DNA of 64,000 bases from an uncultured bacterium (GCA_963695335.1 OY968764.1:1216001-1280000), one strand, 5' to 3'. Shown: positions 52,042-61,153, numbered from the stretch's first letter. The notes: generated by a model from the letters alone, not told the origin. A program made the numbers and translations.

Positions 52042-52068
52042 GCGCTCATTCCTGAGTGCCTGTCAAAG
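52042..52068 (+). repeat. Degenerate REP-like element
   Basis: GCGCTCATTCCTGAGTGCCTGTCAAAG resembles 29500-29523. Confidence 0.5.
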
Positions 52069-52135
52069 TATAATTTATTATCTTTTTGTACACAATTTTA
52101 TTACACAAAATCAAGCATTCGCTTTATTTTATTAC

Positions 52136-53119
52136 TTATTTTGCAAAACAACTTAACGACCCCTTTTTTTTCTTTTTATTTTGTTCTTTATAAAGTGCAA
52201 CAATTGATTTACGGAAATATTTGGGTAATCTATCAAAAGATTGATATCCATTTACAGGAACATCAAAATTAATCCAATACGGTGCATATTCTCTATAATT
52301 GTCTGGTATTATTGCACCTTCAAAATCAAATTGCTTATATGCACCCAGTTGCAACTTATCTTGATTGTTAATTTTATATATCCAATCTTTTTCAAAGCAT
52401 AGATATGCTGAAGAGTTCAATAAAGCTTTTAACAATACTGGAAATTCTATAAGAGTGCTGACATCAAAAAATTCATATCTATCTTTCCTTCTTATTGTCC
52501 CTAAACATATTCTTTCTTCTTGATTACCATCAGCAGAAAGAGAAAACTCTATAACTTGTATATTGTCATGCGCATGCTTGCCTTTATGTAAAAGATAACA
52601 ACAAAAATCTCCTTTTTCATTAAAAAAAGCTGCTGGCTGATGAGGCAAATAATGAAAAGAGCCAGATGGTCCACCCCATGTTGTATAATCCGGAAGCAAC
52701 GTCACATTTAAACATCGCCGATCCATTATAAGCTCCTCCTGAAAAGGCCTTCCTCCTCGTAATCCAAAAGTTCGTAATGGCCAATTAGGTCGGTTGCCAA
52801 TTGCTATTTTGCCACACACTGCGCCATATTTATGCCATACAACACCTTCAAGGTTATTTTCTTTTTTTACAGCTTCCAGACAATAATCACTTTCGATAAA
52901 ATAGTGCTTTCGCCAATCAGCCGTCTGCAGCAAAATTGAATCATACTCTTTACTAACTTTTGCCAAAGCTTGAATCATTCGCCCATCGAACCATTCAACA
53001 CCATGCGTTAAAACAATATTCCATGCAATATTTTTATTTTCAGGGCTTACTACAAGAAGCTCCATAGCTGACAACAATGATGAATAAAAAACACACAAGA
53101 AAAAGATCAATACTTTCAT
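52136..53119 (-). CDS. Hypothetical secreted protein
   Basis: Signal MKVLIFFLCVFYSSLLSA-ME; basic tail KKKKKGSLSCFAK. Confidence 0.7.
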   Translation of the reverse strand: MKVLIFFLCVFYSSLLSAMELLVVSPENKNIAWNIVLTHGVEWFDGRMIQALAKVSKEYDSILLQTADWRKHYFIESDYCLEAVKKENNLEGVVWHKYGAVCGKIAIGNRPNWPLRTFGLRGGRPFQEELIMDRRCLNVTLLPDYTTWGGPSGSFHYLPHQPAAFFNEKGDFCCYLLHKGKHAHDNIQVIEFSLSADGNQEERICLGTIRRKDRYEFFDVSTLIEFPVLLKALLNSSAYLCFEKDWIYKINNQDKLQLGAYKQFDFEGAIIPDNYREYAPYWINFDVPVNGYQSFDRLPKYFRKSIVALYKEQNKKKKKGSLSCFAK

Positions 53120-53133
53120 AAAAAAATCTCCCT

Positions 53134-53171
53134 AAAAAAATACGCCAATCTCACAATACTGTAAGATTAGC
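53134..53171 (-). terminator. Intrinsic terminator after the ABC operon and tRNA-like element
   Basis: Minus strand GCTAATCTTACA-GTAT-TGTGAGATTGGC (12-bp stem including G-U pairs), then GTATTTTTTT. Confidence 0.75.
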
Positions 53172-53187
53172 ATATTATAGGTGCGCG

Positions 53188-53268
53188 TGTATAATTATAG
53201 GAGACTCGAACTCCTATCTCCGTGATTTAGCTCCCCGGATCCTATCCAATTAGACGAATGACTATACA
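53188..53268 (-). tRNA. tRNA-like element / pseudo-tRNA, apparent anticodon CUA
   Basis: TAGTCAT-TC-GTCT-AATTGGAT-AGGAT-C-CGGGG-AGCTAAA-TCACG-GAGAT-AGGAG-TTCGAGT-CTCCT-ATAATTA-T (53264-53191). Perfect T arm and GG in the D loop; non-canonical anticodon arm; no CCA. Confidence 0.6.
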
Positions 53269-53301
53269 AACAGAGACATGCACCCAAATTTAGGTTACTA
53301 T

Positions 53302-54093
53302 TTACACAAAATCAAGCAACCGCTTCATTTTATATTTTGCATAAAACCAAAACGCAACCGTGAATAAACTCAACATGATACAACACATACCCCATGGTAA
53401 ACAATCTTGTTGTCCCAATAATGCAGCGCGTGTTCCTTCCATCACATACAAAATAGGATTACCCAAAAGTACATACGCAAGCGGCTGAGAAAGATTATAA
53501 ATTGATTCCCATGAAAACTGAAAACCTCCCATAAACCAGAGAGGAAATATAAAACGGGTCCAGACATTTTCCATCTTAGACATTGCACCAACATGCGCGG
53601 TTACGGCTATGGTGAATACGCCATAAAAAATATTTGCGAGCACGGTGATAATCGCAAATTTTATCCAAGCTACATCTGACAAACTAAAACTATTAAATAG
53701 AATCAATTTACCAAACGGTAACACAAAACAACTGAGTATAATTCCCATGATTACATATGATGTTATCATACTCCACAACACAACTGATGGCCGCGTTGGC
53801 AACGTCAAATAATAACTAATATGGCGATCACCTTCAAAATCAATCATGCATCTGAATGCATTACCATAAATTTCAAAAAGCCCCACGGTTCCCATGATAG
53901 TCGCCAACTGGAAACAGCCATAATTTGCCCCAAGACCAAATGATTGCATCACATATCCCATAATTACTAATGAACAAAGCACCCAAATATAGAGGTTGAT
54001 AACTTTATCAAACAGTTCTTGACGTGCTATATAAAAACGGGTTTTGATTAATTTATAAAAAATATCAAAAAAACGCATACAATGTGTATACAT
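53302..54093 (-). CDS. ABC-2 type exporter permease
   Basis: 6 TM segments; ISYYLTLP, RFIFPLW, NPILYVMEGTRAALLG. Confidence 0.88.
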   Translation of the reverse strand: MYTHCMRFFDIFYKLIKTRFYIARQELFDKVINLYIWVLCSLVIMGYVMQSFGLGANYGCFQLATIMGTVGLFEIYGNAFRCMIDFEGDRHISYYLTLPTRPSVVLWSMITSYVIMGIILSCFVLPFGKLILFNSFSLSDVAWIKFAIITVLANIFYGVFTIAVTAHVGAMSKMENVWTRFIFPLWFMGGFQFSWESIYNLSQPLAYVLLGNPILYVMEGTRAALLGQQDCLPWGMCCIMLSLFTVAFWFYAKYKMKRLLDFV

Positions 54094-54101
54094 AATTTTC
54101 C

Positions 54102-54845
54102 TTAATTATTTTTATCTGCATTATCCATCAACGCAATAAATACATCTTCCAGATTCTCCATCTTAAAATCAGCCTTTAATTTGTCCGGTGTATCAATCAA
54201 CTTAATTAAACCATTATCAAGCACGCACACGCGGTCAGAAAGTTGCTCCGCTTCATCAAGATAATGTGTTGTTAAAATAACGGTGACACCAAGCTGTTTT
54301 AAATCTCTAATTTGTTGCCACAACTGTCTTCTAATATGCGGATCTAATCCAACAGTCGGCTCATCCAATATTACCAATTGTGGATTATGCATTAATGCAC
54401 GTGCAATCATAAAACGTTGCTTATACCCACCAGATAACACACTCGCTTTTTGATGCAAATATTCGCCCAAACCAAATTGACGAACCAGAAAATCAAGACG
54501 TGTATCAATCTCTTCTTTGGTCATCTGATAATACGTTCCAGACAATCGCAAGTTTTGTTCAAGCGTCAGCGCTGGATCAAGATTGGGGCGCTGTGGGCAA
54601 AATCCAATTTTATAACGGTATGTTGCAATATCATCATAAATTGATACACCTTCACACTCAATATCCCCCTCTGTTGGTGGATGCAATGTTGCAATAATAG
54701 ATGACAGTGTAGTTTTTCCTGCACCATTCACACCTAAAAGCCCTACAATTTCACCTTTATAAATATCAAGAGAAACACCTTTTAATGCTTCTTTTGTTGC
54801 ATATCTTTTTTTTATATTTTTTATTCGTAACAAAATATTACTCAT
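54102..54845 (-). CDS. ABC exporter ATP-binding subunit (DrrA/NodI-like)
   Basis: GVNGAGKTT, LSGGYKQR, ILDEPTVGLDP, LTTHYLDEAE. Confidence 0.93.
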   Translation of the reverse strand: MSNILLRIKNIKKRYATKEALKGVSLDIYKGEIVGLLGVNGAGKTTLSSIIATLHPPTEGDIECEGVSIYDDIATYRYKIGFCPQRPNLDPALTLEQNLRLSGTYYQMTKEEIDTRLDFLVRQFGLGEYLHQKASVLSGGYKQRFMIARALMHNPQLVILDEPTVGLDPHIRRQLWQQIRDLKQLGVTVILTTHYLDEAEQLSDRVCVLDNGLIKLIDTPDKLKADFKMENLEDVFIALMDNADKNN

Positions 54846-54862
54846 ATAATTCCTTTAAACCT

Positions 54863-55654
54863 TTATACAAAATCAAGCAACCGCTTCATTTTTTGATATG
54901 CATAGCGCCACCCAAGCACAATGAAAAAACATAACGCCCCAATACACAATTCCCATGGCAAACAATCTGGATTACCTAACAACGCTCCTCGCATGCCTTC
55001 CATCACATACAGCACAGGATTCCATAAAACAAGATAAGCCAATGTTGGTGATGCTGCATACATAGCAGCCCACGAAAACTGGTAACAACCCAATACCCAT
55101 AACGGCCAAATAAAACGGGACCAAATGTTGCGCATTCTGGAAATAGTTCCAACACGTGCAATCACCACGATCACAAATATTCCAAAAAAAATATTCACGA
55201 GCACTGCAGTGATCGCAAACTTAATCCAAGATATTTGAGAAAAACTAAAACTATTATAAAAAAACAGTTTACCAAGCGGTAAAACAATAATCGTCAAAAA
55301 CAAGCCAACAATTGCATAAGATACAACCATAGCCAACAACACAGTTGCTGGCCGTGCTGGCAACGTCAAATAATATGAAATGGTGCGATCGTTATCAATA
55401 TCCATAATATTTCTTGCTGCCGCGTTATATATTTCAAAAAGTCCTACAACAGCTACAATGGAAGCAAACTGGAAACATCCATAATTAGTTGCAAGACCAA
55501 AGTTTTGCATAATATATCCAAAAATCATCAACGTGCAGCTCGTCCAAATATATAAATTGATAATTTGAGAACCAATATGTTCTCGCGCAATCAATAAGTG
55601 CGTTTTTACTAACGCACAAAAAATGTCCCTAAACCGAACAATTCCCTTATTCAT
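54863..55654 (-). CDS. ABC-2 type exporter permease (paralog)
   Basis: ISYYLTLP, RFIWPLW, NPVLYVMEGMRGALLG; same C-terminus MKRLLDFV as 53302..54093. Confidence 0.88.
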   Translation of the reverse strand: MNKGIVRFRDIFCALVKTHLLIAREHIGSQIINLYIWTSCTLMIFGYIMQNFGLATNYGCFQFASIVAVVGLFEIYNAAARNIMDIDNDRTISYYLTLPARPATVLLAMVVSYAIVGLFLTIIVLPLGKLFFYNSFSFSQISWIKFAITAVLVNIFFGIFVIVVIARVGTISRMRNIWSRFIWPLWVLGCYQFSWAAMYAASPTLAYLVLWNPVLYVMEGMRGALLGNPDCLPWELCIGALCFFIVLGWRYAYQKMKRLLDFV

Positions 55655-55779
55655 GTTTTTTCCTCCACCACTAAAAATTACACCATTAATCCGAGTAAAA
55701 ATTACTCCAAGGAGATAGCACTACATCCACAAATATAATTGAAGCAACAAAGATTTAGCAAAAGACTAAAAGAAGATGC

Positions 55780-55858
55780 CCGTTAATAAATAATACAAAA
55801 ACATTATTTAACGGACTAAAAAACAAAGAAAGTAACAATTTTCATAACACGACCTCCT
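55780..55858 (-). promoter_or_regulatory. Putative leader-peptide attenuator: uORF MKIVTFFVF (55816-55845) plus hairpin
   Basis: SD AGGAGG at 55853-55858; ATG AAA ATT GTT ACT TTC TTT GTT TTT TAG; hairpin CCGTTAA...TTAACGG (55780-55814) starts 1 nt after the stop; then TCTTCTTTT. Confidence 0.6.
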
Positions 55859-55998
55859 GAAAACAGGAATTTTTAATTAAACATTAATTTTAGAATATCA
55901 TAAACAAATACCGGGTCAATTTTTTCTCGTGACAACTATTCAGCTCATCAGATATAATTCCCTTATGATCTCTATGATTCCTAAAAAGAGAAAGTCTC

Positions 55999-56943
55999 AT
56001 GAAAAAACAATTATATATCCTCAGCTTTATATCACTTCACATTCACGCTATGGAAACAATGGCATTGTTTCCTGATGAAATAATGACATCCATAATGCAA
56101 TACTCTTTACCAAAACTTAACTTATATTATAACAATACCCACAAGCCAGGAAGATGGTATCATACAGAAAAAGGAACCTTTCCAGATAATTCAGCTGATA
56201 GAGATAAAAAAGACACGCTCAATGCAGCACAAAACTTACAACAGATTTTTAATTCCATACAAACATCCCTGCTTCTGAGCAAATTTTATAATAATGTGAT
56301 TGTACAAAATATTAGTACATGGTTGGGTATCAATAAAGATAACGTTAATGCACTTCTCATCCGAGCAACGCAAGCAAATATCCCCTACTTTATGAAACTT
56401 GCTGTAGCGCACAAAGCTGATCGCAATTTTGTTCATAAACCTGATGGCTATACTCCTCTCTTATGCGCAACGAAACATAATCAGTATCGTACATGTGCTT
56501 TTCTTCTGAGCAAGGGCGTTTCTGTACACATAAGAAGAGAAAACCCTTACGCAGCTTATGTTTATAATCCTCATGAATGGCCAATACATATCGCTATACA
56601 AAACGGTAATCTTGAATTAGTAAAACTGTTTATACAACATCGCGCCACTCTTGATTTTTCGCACTTTCCTATTACTTCTCTTCTTACTTTTACAGCACAA
56701 CGGAATAATCCTTATATTCTTGCTGTGCTCTTAGAAGCTCGACCATATACGAATTTCAATAATCATTGGGAAGCTGATGAAATTGAACATGCCCTGGAAA
56801 CAGTCAAACGTCTTGAAGTAAAAACTGATAAAGAAAAACTTGAAAATAGAGCTTGTATAAGTATATTACAAGAAGCGCTTAAAGATAGTACAAACTCATT
56901 ATCAGAAATGATGAACATGTTTTTTGGAACAACAAAAACATGA
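55999..56943 (+). CDS. Secreted ankyrin repeat protein with F-box-like N-terminus
   Basis: Signal ending HAME; LFPDEIMTSIMQY; DGYTPLLCA, WPIHIAIQNGNLELVKLFI. Confidence 0.85.
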   Translation: MKKQLYILSFISLHIHAMETMALFPDEIMTSIMQYSLPKLNLYYNNTHKPGRWYHTEKGTFPDNSADRDKKDTLNAAQNLQQIFNSIQTSLLLSKFYNNVIVQNISTWLGINKDNVNALLIRATQANIPYFMKLAVAHKADRNFVHKPDGYTPLLCATKHNQYRTCAFLLSKGVSVHIRRENPYAAYVYNPHEWPIHIAIQNGNLELVKLFIQHRATLDFSHFPITSLLTFTAQRNNPYILAVLLEARPYTNFNNHWEADEIEHALETVKRLEVKTDKEKLENRACISILQEALKDSTNSLSEMMNMFFGTTKT

Positions 56944-56987
56944 TAAACTTATAAAAAAAATCATTCATCAACATTATAAGGATTACA

Positions 56988-57865
56988 ATGAAAAAACAAT
57001 TTTTTATTACCCTCTGCTTTATCACCATGCATAATTATACTATGAAAATAGAACAATCATTTCCTGATGAAACACTAGCATCTATTATTCAATATTCTTT
57101 GCCAAAGCTCAATTTGTACTATCATCAAAAACCTACAGATATAAATGAAGATAAAGATAACTTAACTCAAGCAAAAAACAATTTAGAGCAATATATCACT
57201 ACAACAATGAAACTACGTTCTATCAGCCAACGCTTTAATACTATTATCACCAAAAATATTGTTACCTGGTTAAACTTCAATCAACATGGTATTAACGCAT
57301 TTCTTCTCAGATCAACACAAGCAAATATTCCATATTTTATGAAAATTGCCATAACACATAATGGCCATCCAAATTGTGTTGATGCACCTAATGGCAATAC
57401 TCCTCTCTTGTATGCAACTGCAAATAATGATTACCTCTCATGCAAATTTCTGCTTGAAAAAGGAGCTTCTATTAATATGAAACTACAACCTCCTCGAGCA
57501 TTTGGTTATGGTTACAATCCTGGCATATGGCCAATACACATAGCTATTGGAAAAGAAAACCTTACATTAGTTACATTATTTATTAAACATGGATCCCAGC
57601 TGGATTTTTCTAACTTTAATGCTGAAAATCTTCTTTCTTGTGCCGCAAAAAAAATAATCACGTTATTCTTTGCACCCTCCTTCAAGCTCGTCCTCATACA
57701 GATCACAACAATCATTGGCCAGAAAATGACATTAAACGCGCTCTTAAAACCGCAAAAGAACTTCAAATAAATACTGAACAGGAAAATCTTAAAAAGAAAG
57801 CTTGCATAGATATTTTAGAACAAGCATTAGAACATACTATTCTTATCAAAAAGGACATAGTATAA
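56988..57865 (+). pseudogene. Paralogous ankyrin protein, frameshifted in an A8 run (57647-57654)
   Basis: SFPDETLASIIQYSLPKLNLYY, NGNTPLLYA, WPIHIAI; the paralog-like C-terminus (LLQARP..NNHW..ACIDILEQAL) continues in another frame and A9 would restore it. Confidence 0.75.
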
Positions 57866-57872
57866 AAAATAA

Positions 57873-58487
57873 TTATTCATCAACATTTTTGATCAATAAC
57901 CCTTGTTGCGGGCAAACAAGATCATAATCGTAATAGATCTTTTTCCAGAACAAAGATAAATCTTTATATACCAATACCGATGAAGGCACATTTAAAACAT
58001 AGGGAATATCAAACCATATAGGTAATTCTGCCAACAAATATTGTACAGCTATAGACACAGATGTATCATTAATACTTCCATTTTTATGTTCCAACATCAA
58101 TCGTGTCGCCCCTAAACAATCATTTCTGAATGATACATTCGTTTCAAAAACAGTCTTATAACGGTTATAGGATTCAAGATATCTTTGAGTTTGAGAAAGA
58201 TGATTTAATAATATTATTTTTTCATGCGCATCTTTTTCAGACATCCCTACAGCTATGCAACTTTTTATAACCTTATTAAATAATTTTTTATCCTGCTCTT
58301 TTGTTTTTTTAACAGCTTTTTCCTCATCATACCCCAGTGCCATCAAATTATACTTGGAAGCCCCATCCATGATAAACAGATTAAACTCAGAAAATGTTTC
58401 ACAAGCCCAGCGTAATAAATGAGTAATGTTTGTAACGGAAAAATAACTATTAAAAGGACTAATGGCGATAAGTGCGTGATCAGTCAT
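57873..58487 (-). CDS. tRNA-dependent cyclodipeptide synthase (CDPS, AlbC/YvmC-like)
   Basis: HALIAISPFNSYF (catalytic Ser motif), L.W, NLMALGY...A..K, F...C, YLLAELP, VLVYK; SD GAGGT. Confidence 0.88.
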   Translation of the reverse strand: MTDHALIAISPFNSYFSVTNITHLLRWACETFSEFNLFIMDGASKYNLMALGYDEEKAVKKTKEQDKKLFNKVIKSCIAVGMSEKDAHEKIILLNHLSQTQRYLESYNRYKTVFETNVSFRNDCLGATRLMLEHKNGSINDTSVSIAVQYLLAELPIWFDIPYVLNVPSSVLVYKDLSLFWKKIYYDYDLVCPQQGLLIKNVDE

Positions 58488-58588
58488 TCCTACCTCTTTT
58501 TTTATACATATATTAATTTCACTTTAATATATAAAATTCATATGCTTTTAAAAATACAATTACCACTCTCTTAAAAAAGGATTTATTT

Positions 58589-59260
58589 ATGAAAAGAATA
58601 CCACTTCTTCTTTTATCTCTGCTATTTTTATCACCAATACATGCAATGTTATGTATTAAAAAACCATCGTATAATGCTCTTAAATTATATCAATCTCGCA
58701 GCGCATTTCTTTCATCAAAAATGGATGTAGAGCTTGTCATTAGAAAGATTAAAGAGGTGGATAATCACCAATGCTCCTCTGTATACGAAACTAAAAGACA
58801 ATGCGCCAATGATCTTTGCTGCAGACATGCGTACCTTGATGGCGACGTGAATCAAAACATACAAAAGCACTTCTTTAAAAAAATCAACAACCCAATAGAA
58901 TTTGTAGAAAATCTCAGACAAACTGTATATCAATTACGCTTATTTGACGGCTATCTAAAATGGAGATTATTACATTCTGCAAAAATACCTCATTGGCACA
59001 TATATCAAGAAGCGCTTGGATTAATCGCCCATAAAAGCCAATGTATCCTAAACCAAATGCGCATGATATATCACGATGCTCCAGCAAACTGGGATGAACG
59101 TACATATCATCACATAGGCGGCATGATCATAGCGGAAGAAATATTACCCGACCTGATCAAACTTAATCAACATGCAAAAAAGGTAACACAAGAAGATATG
59201 CAACACCTCATAGTTGCAGAAATACAGACAGACCAATCAAACAAAAATAATATAGAATAA
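58589..59260 (+). CDS. Hypothetical secreted protein
   Basis: Signal MKRIPLLLLSLLFLSPIHA-M; SD AAGGA. Confidence 0.65.
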   Translation: MKRIPLLLLSLLFLSPIHAMLCIKKPSYNALKLYQSRSAFLSSKMDVELVIRKIKEVDNHQCSSVYETKRQCANDLCCRHAYLDGDVNQNIQKHFFKKINNPIEFVENLRQTVYQLRLFDGYLKWRLLHSAKIPHWHIYQEALGLIAHKSQCILNQMRMIYHDAPANWDERTYHHIGGMIIAEEILPDLIKLNQHAKKVTQEDMQHLIVAEIQTDQSNKNNIE

Positions 59261-59959
59261 TCAGAAAATTTATTACTTACCTTTAATATATTGATTACAC
59301 ACACATTTATTTCTCAAATATTCTTGTAATTTATTTGTTGCTTTCATTTGTGGTGTATTAGGATCAACTATTTTTAATGGAAAAATTGTATGTGTGGCTT
59401 CTTGAGTAACAGAATATGCTTTACCGTGCGCAATAAGATGGGTTCCTTGTTTATTAAAATCTATCGATGTAGGTTTAAGAGATAATGGCAATAACTCTCG
59501 CTTTTTTCCCAAAGAAAAAGCAACTTCACCATCTTCATTTTCTTTTAAATCAATTTTCTGAATCTCTAAAAAAGGTTCTATGCAAACAGTTTCTCCACGA
59601 TGACTATGGACTTTTCTTCTGCAAAACAATGCCAATATACTACCACTTGGTGATAAGGCTATGCATTCTGTATTCATATAAAGATGCACCTCAATATTGG
59701 ATTTTTTATAAACCTTTCCCTCAATATTCAAGGTTATAGTTATATCATCTTCATCTTCTTTAAAAACAATATATTTCGTGTTATCACTGTTATCTGCTCT
59801 CAAACGCAATGGTTCATATATTTCTATATGCTTATCTTTCTTATTTTCATTTTCCTGTTTGTTTTTTAAAGTCCGCTCAATAAATTCTTCTTCTGTTTCT
59901 GTTTCCATCAAAAAACTCGCAATATAATTTAATATATCGCGAGGCATTTTATTTAAGTA

Positions 59960-60937
59960 ACGTGAGTTCGATCTAAGAAAATTTTAAAAAAAAATTCATT
60001 ACGATATCCTTTTAAAAACAATCAAACTTAAAAAAGGGTATTGTAATGAATTTGACTACTATTTTCTACCATTGTGATGAATTTTGCAAATTTTTTGAAA
60101 AAGAGTTTCCAATCCGTGTTCTTTCTGATGGGAAAAATATTAGAAAAAGGAATGGATCTTTAAAGCTTAGTGAAACTATGACGATTGTCATTTATTATCA
60201 GCAATCTGGCTATAAAACATTCAAGGATTATTACACAAAAAGTGATGAATTAAAATCAGCGTTCCCTGGTCTTACAAGCTATAATCGTTTTGTAGAATTA
60301 CAACAAAAAATTACAATGCCTTTAGCTATTTTTACAAAATTATATGCGCTTGGAAAATGTGATGGCAATTCATACATTGACAGTTTTTCACTGTCTGTAA
60401 GTCATCAAAAAAGAATATCTTCTCATAAAACCTTTAAAGGATTAGCCGCTCGAGGAAAAACAAGTGTGGGTTGGTTTTACGGATTCAAAGTTCATGTAAT
60501 TATCAATGGTTGGGGAGAAATTATTGATTTTTGTATCACCTCAGGAAATGTTGTTGATAATAATACAAAAGTTATTGAAAAAATAACTGAAAAAATTCAT
60601 GGAAAAGTTTATGGAGATAAAGGCTATTTGCTTAATTCAGAACTGTTTCAAAAGCTTTACTCTAAAGGCATTCATATTGTTACAAAAATTCGAAATAATA
60701 TGAAAAATAAGCTTATGGATGTTAAAGATAAAATCATGTTAAAAAAACGTGGAATCATTGAGTCTGTTGGAGCAATTCTTAAGGAGGATCTTAATATTGA
60801 ACATTCACGATATCGTAGTCCAAGATCATTGATTATAAATGTATTTGCAGCTTTAGCTTCTTACGGATTTCGAAAAAAAAAGCCATCAATATACAAAAAA
60901 AGCTTTTTTCTATTGACGGCTTAGATCGAACTCACGT
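59960..60937 (+). mobile_element. IS982-family insertion sequence
   Basis: Perfect 18-bp IRs ACGTGAGTTCGATCTAAG / CTTAGATCGAACTCACGT; TAAGTA direct repeat at 59954-59959 and 60938-60943 (8-bp TTAAGTAA if the ends are shifted 1 nt). Confidence 0.92.
60046..60924 (+). CDS. IS982-family DDE transposase
   Basis: LSETMTI, FKDYY, SYNRFV, IDS, RGKTSVGWFYGFKVH, GDKGY, KRGIIES, EHSRYRS. Confidence 0.93.
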   Translation: MNLTTIFYHCDEFCKFFEKEFPIRVLSDGKNIRKRNGSLKLSETMTIVIYYQQSGYKTFKDYYTKSDELKSAFPGLTSYNRFVELQQKITMPLAIFTKLYALGKCDGNSYIDSFSLSVSHQKRISSHKTFKGLAARGKTSVGWFYGFKVHVIINGWGEIIDFCITSGNVVDNNTKVIEKITEKIHGKVYGDKGYLLNSELFQKLYSKGIHIVTKIRNNMKNKLMDVKDKIMLKKRGIIESVGAILKEDLNIEHSRYRSPRSLIINVFAALASYGFRKKKPSIYKKSFFLLTA

Positions 60938-61153
60938 TAAGTAACAAGGCTTTACCACAATTTCCATAGCCTGTGAGTGAAAGACGAAAAATGATACAAA
61001 ATTAAGTACAATATATTTTTTCATAAAAATAATCCTTTTACTAAAAGCTTATTAGACGATTACAATATAATCCCATTTCCCCTTAACAACAACTTTTTTT
61101 ACGGTACACTTGTTACCAGATGCTATAATTATAATCCATCATGAGGAATTTTC

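Larger units (their letters stand above)
59273..61024 (-). pseudogene. Secreted F-box-like protein gene interrupted by IS982
   Basis: Removing the IS plus one target copy gives in-frame MKKYIVLNFVSFFVFHSQAMEIVVKPCYLNKMPRDILNYIASFL... Confidence 0.85.

Noticed and set aside
50340..52049. AAA/PD-(D/E)XK gene as a new defence system
   Set aside because: A widespread stand-alone family with no partner genes here.
53188..53268. Pyrrolysine tRNA or genome-wide TAG recoding
   Set aside because: Lacks the tRNA-Pyl features (short D loop, 6-bp anticodon stem, CUCUAAA loop). No pyl genes in the window, and TAG ends conserved genes at their expected lengths.
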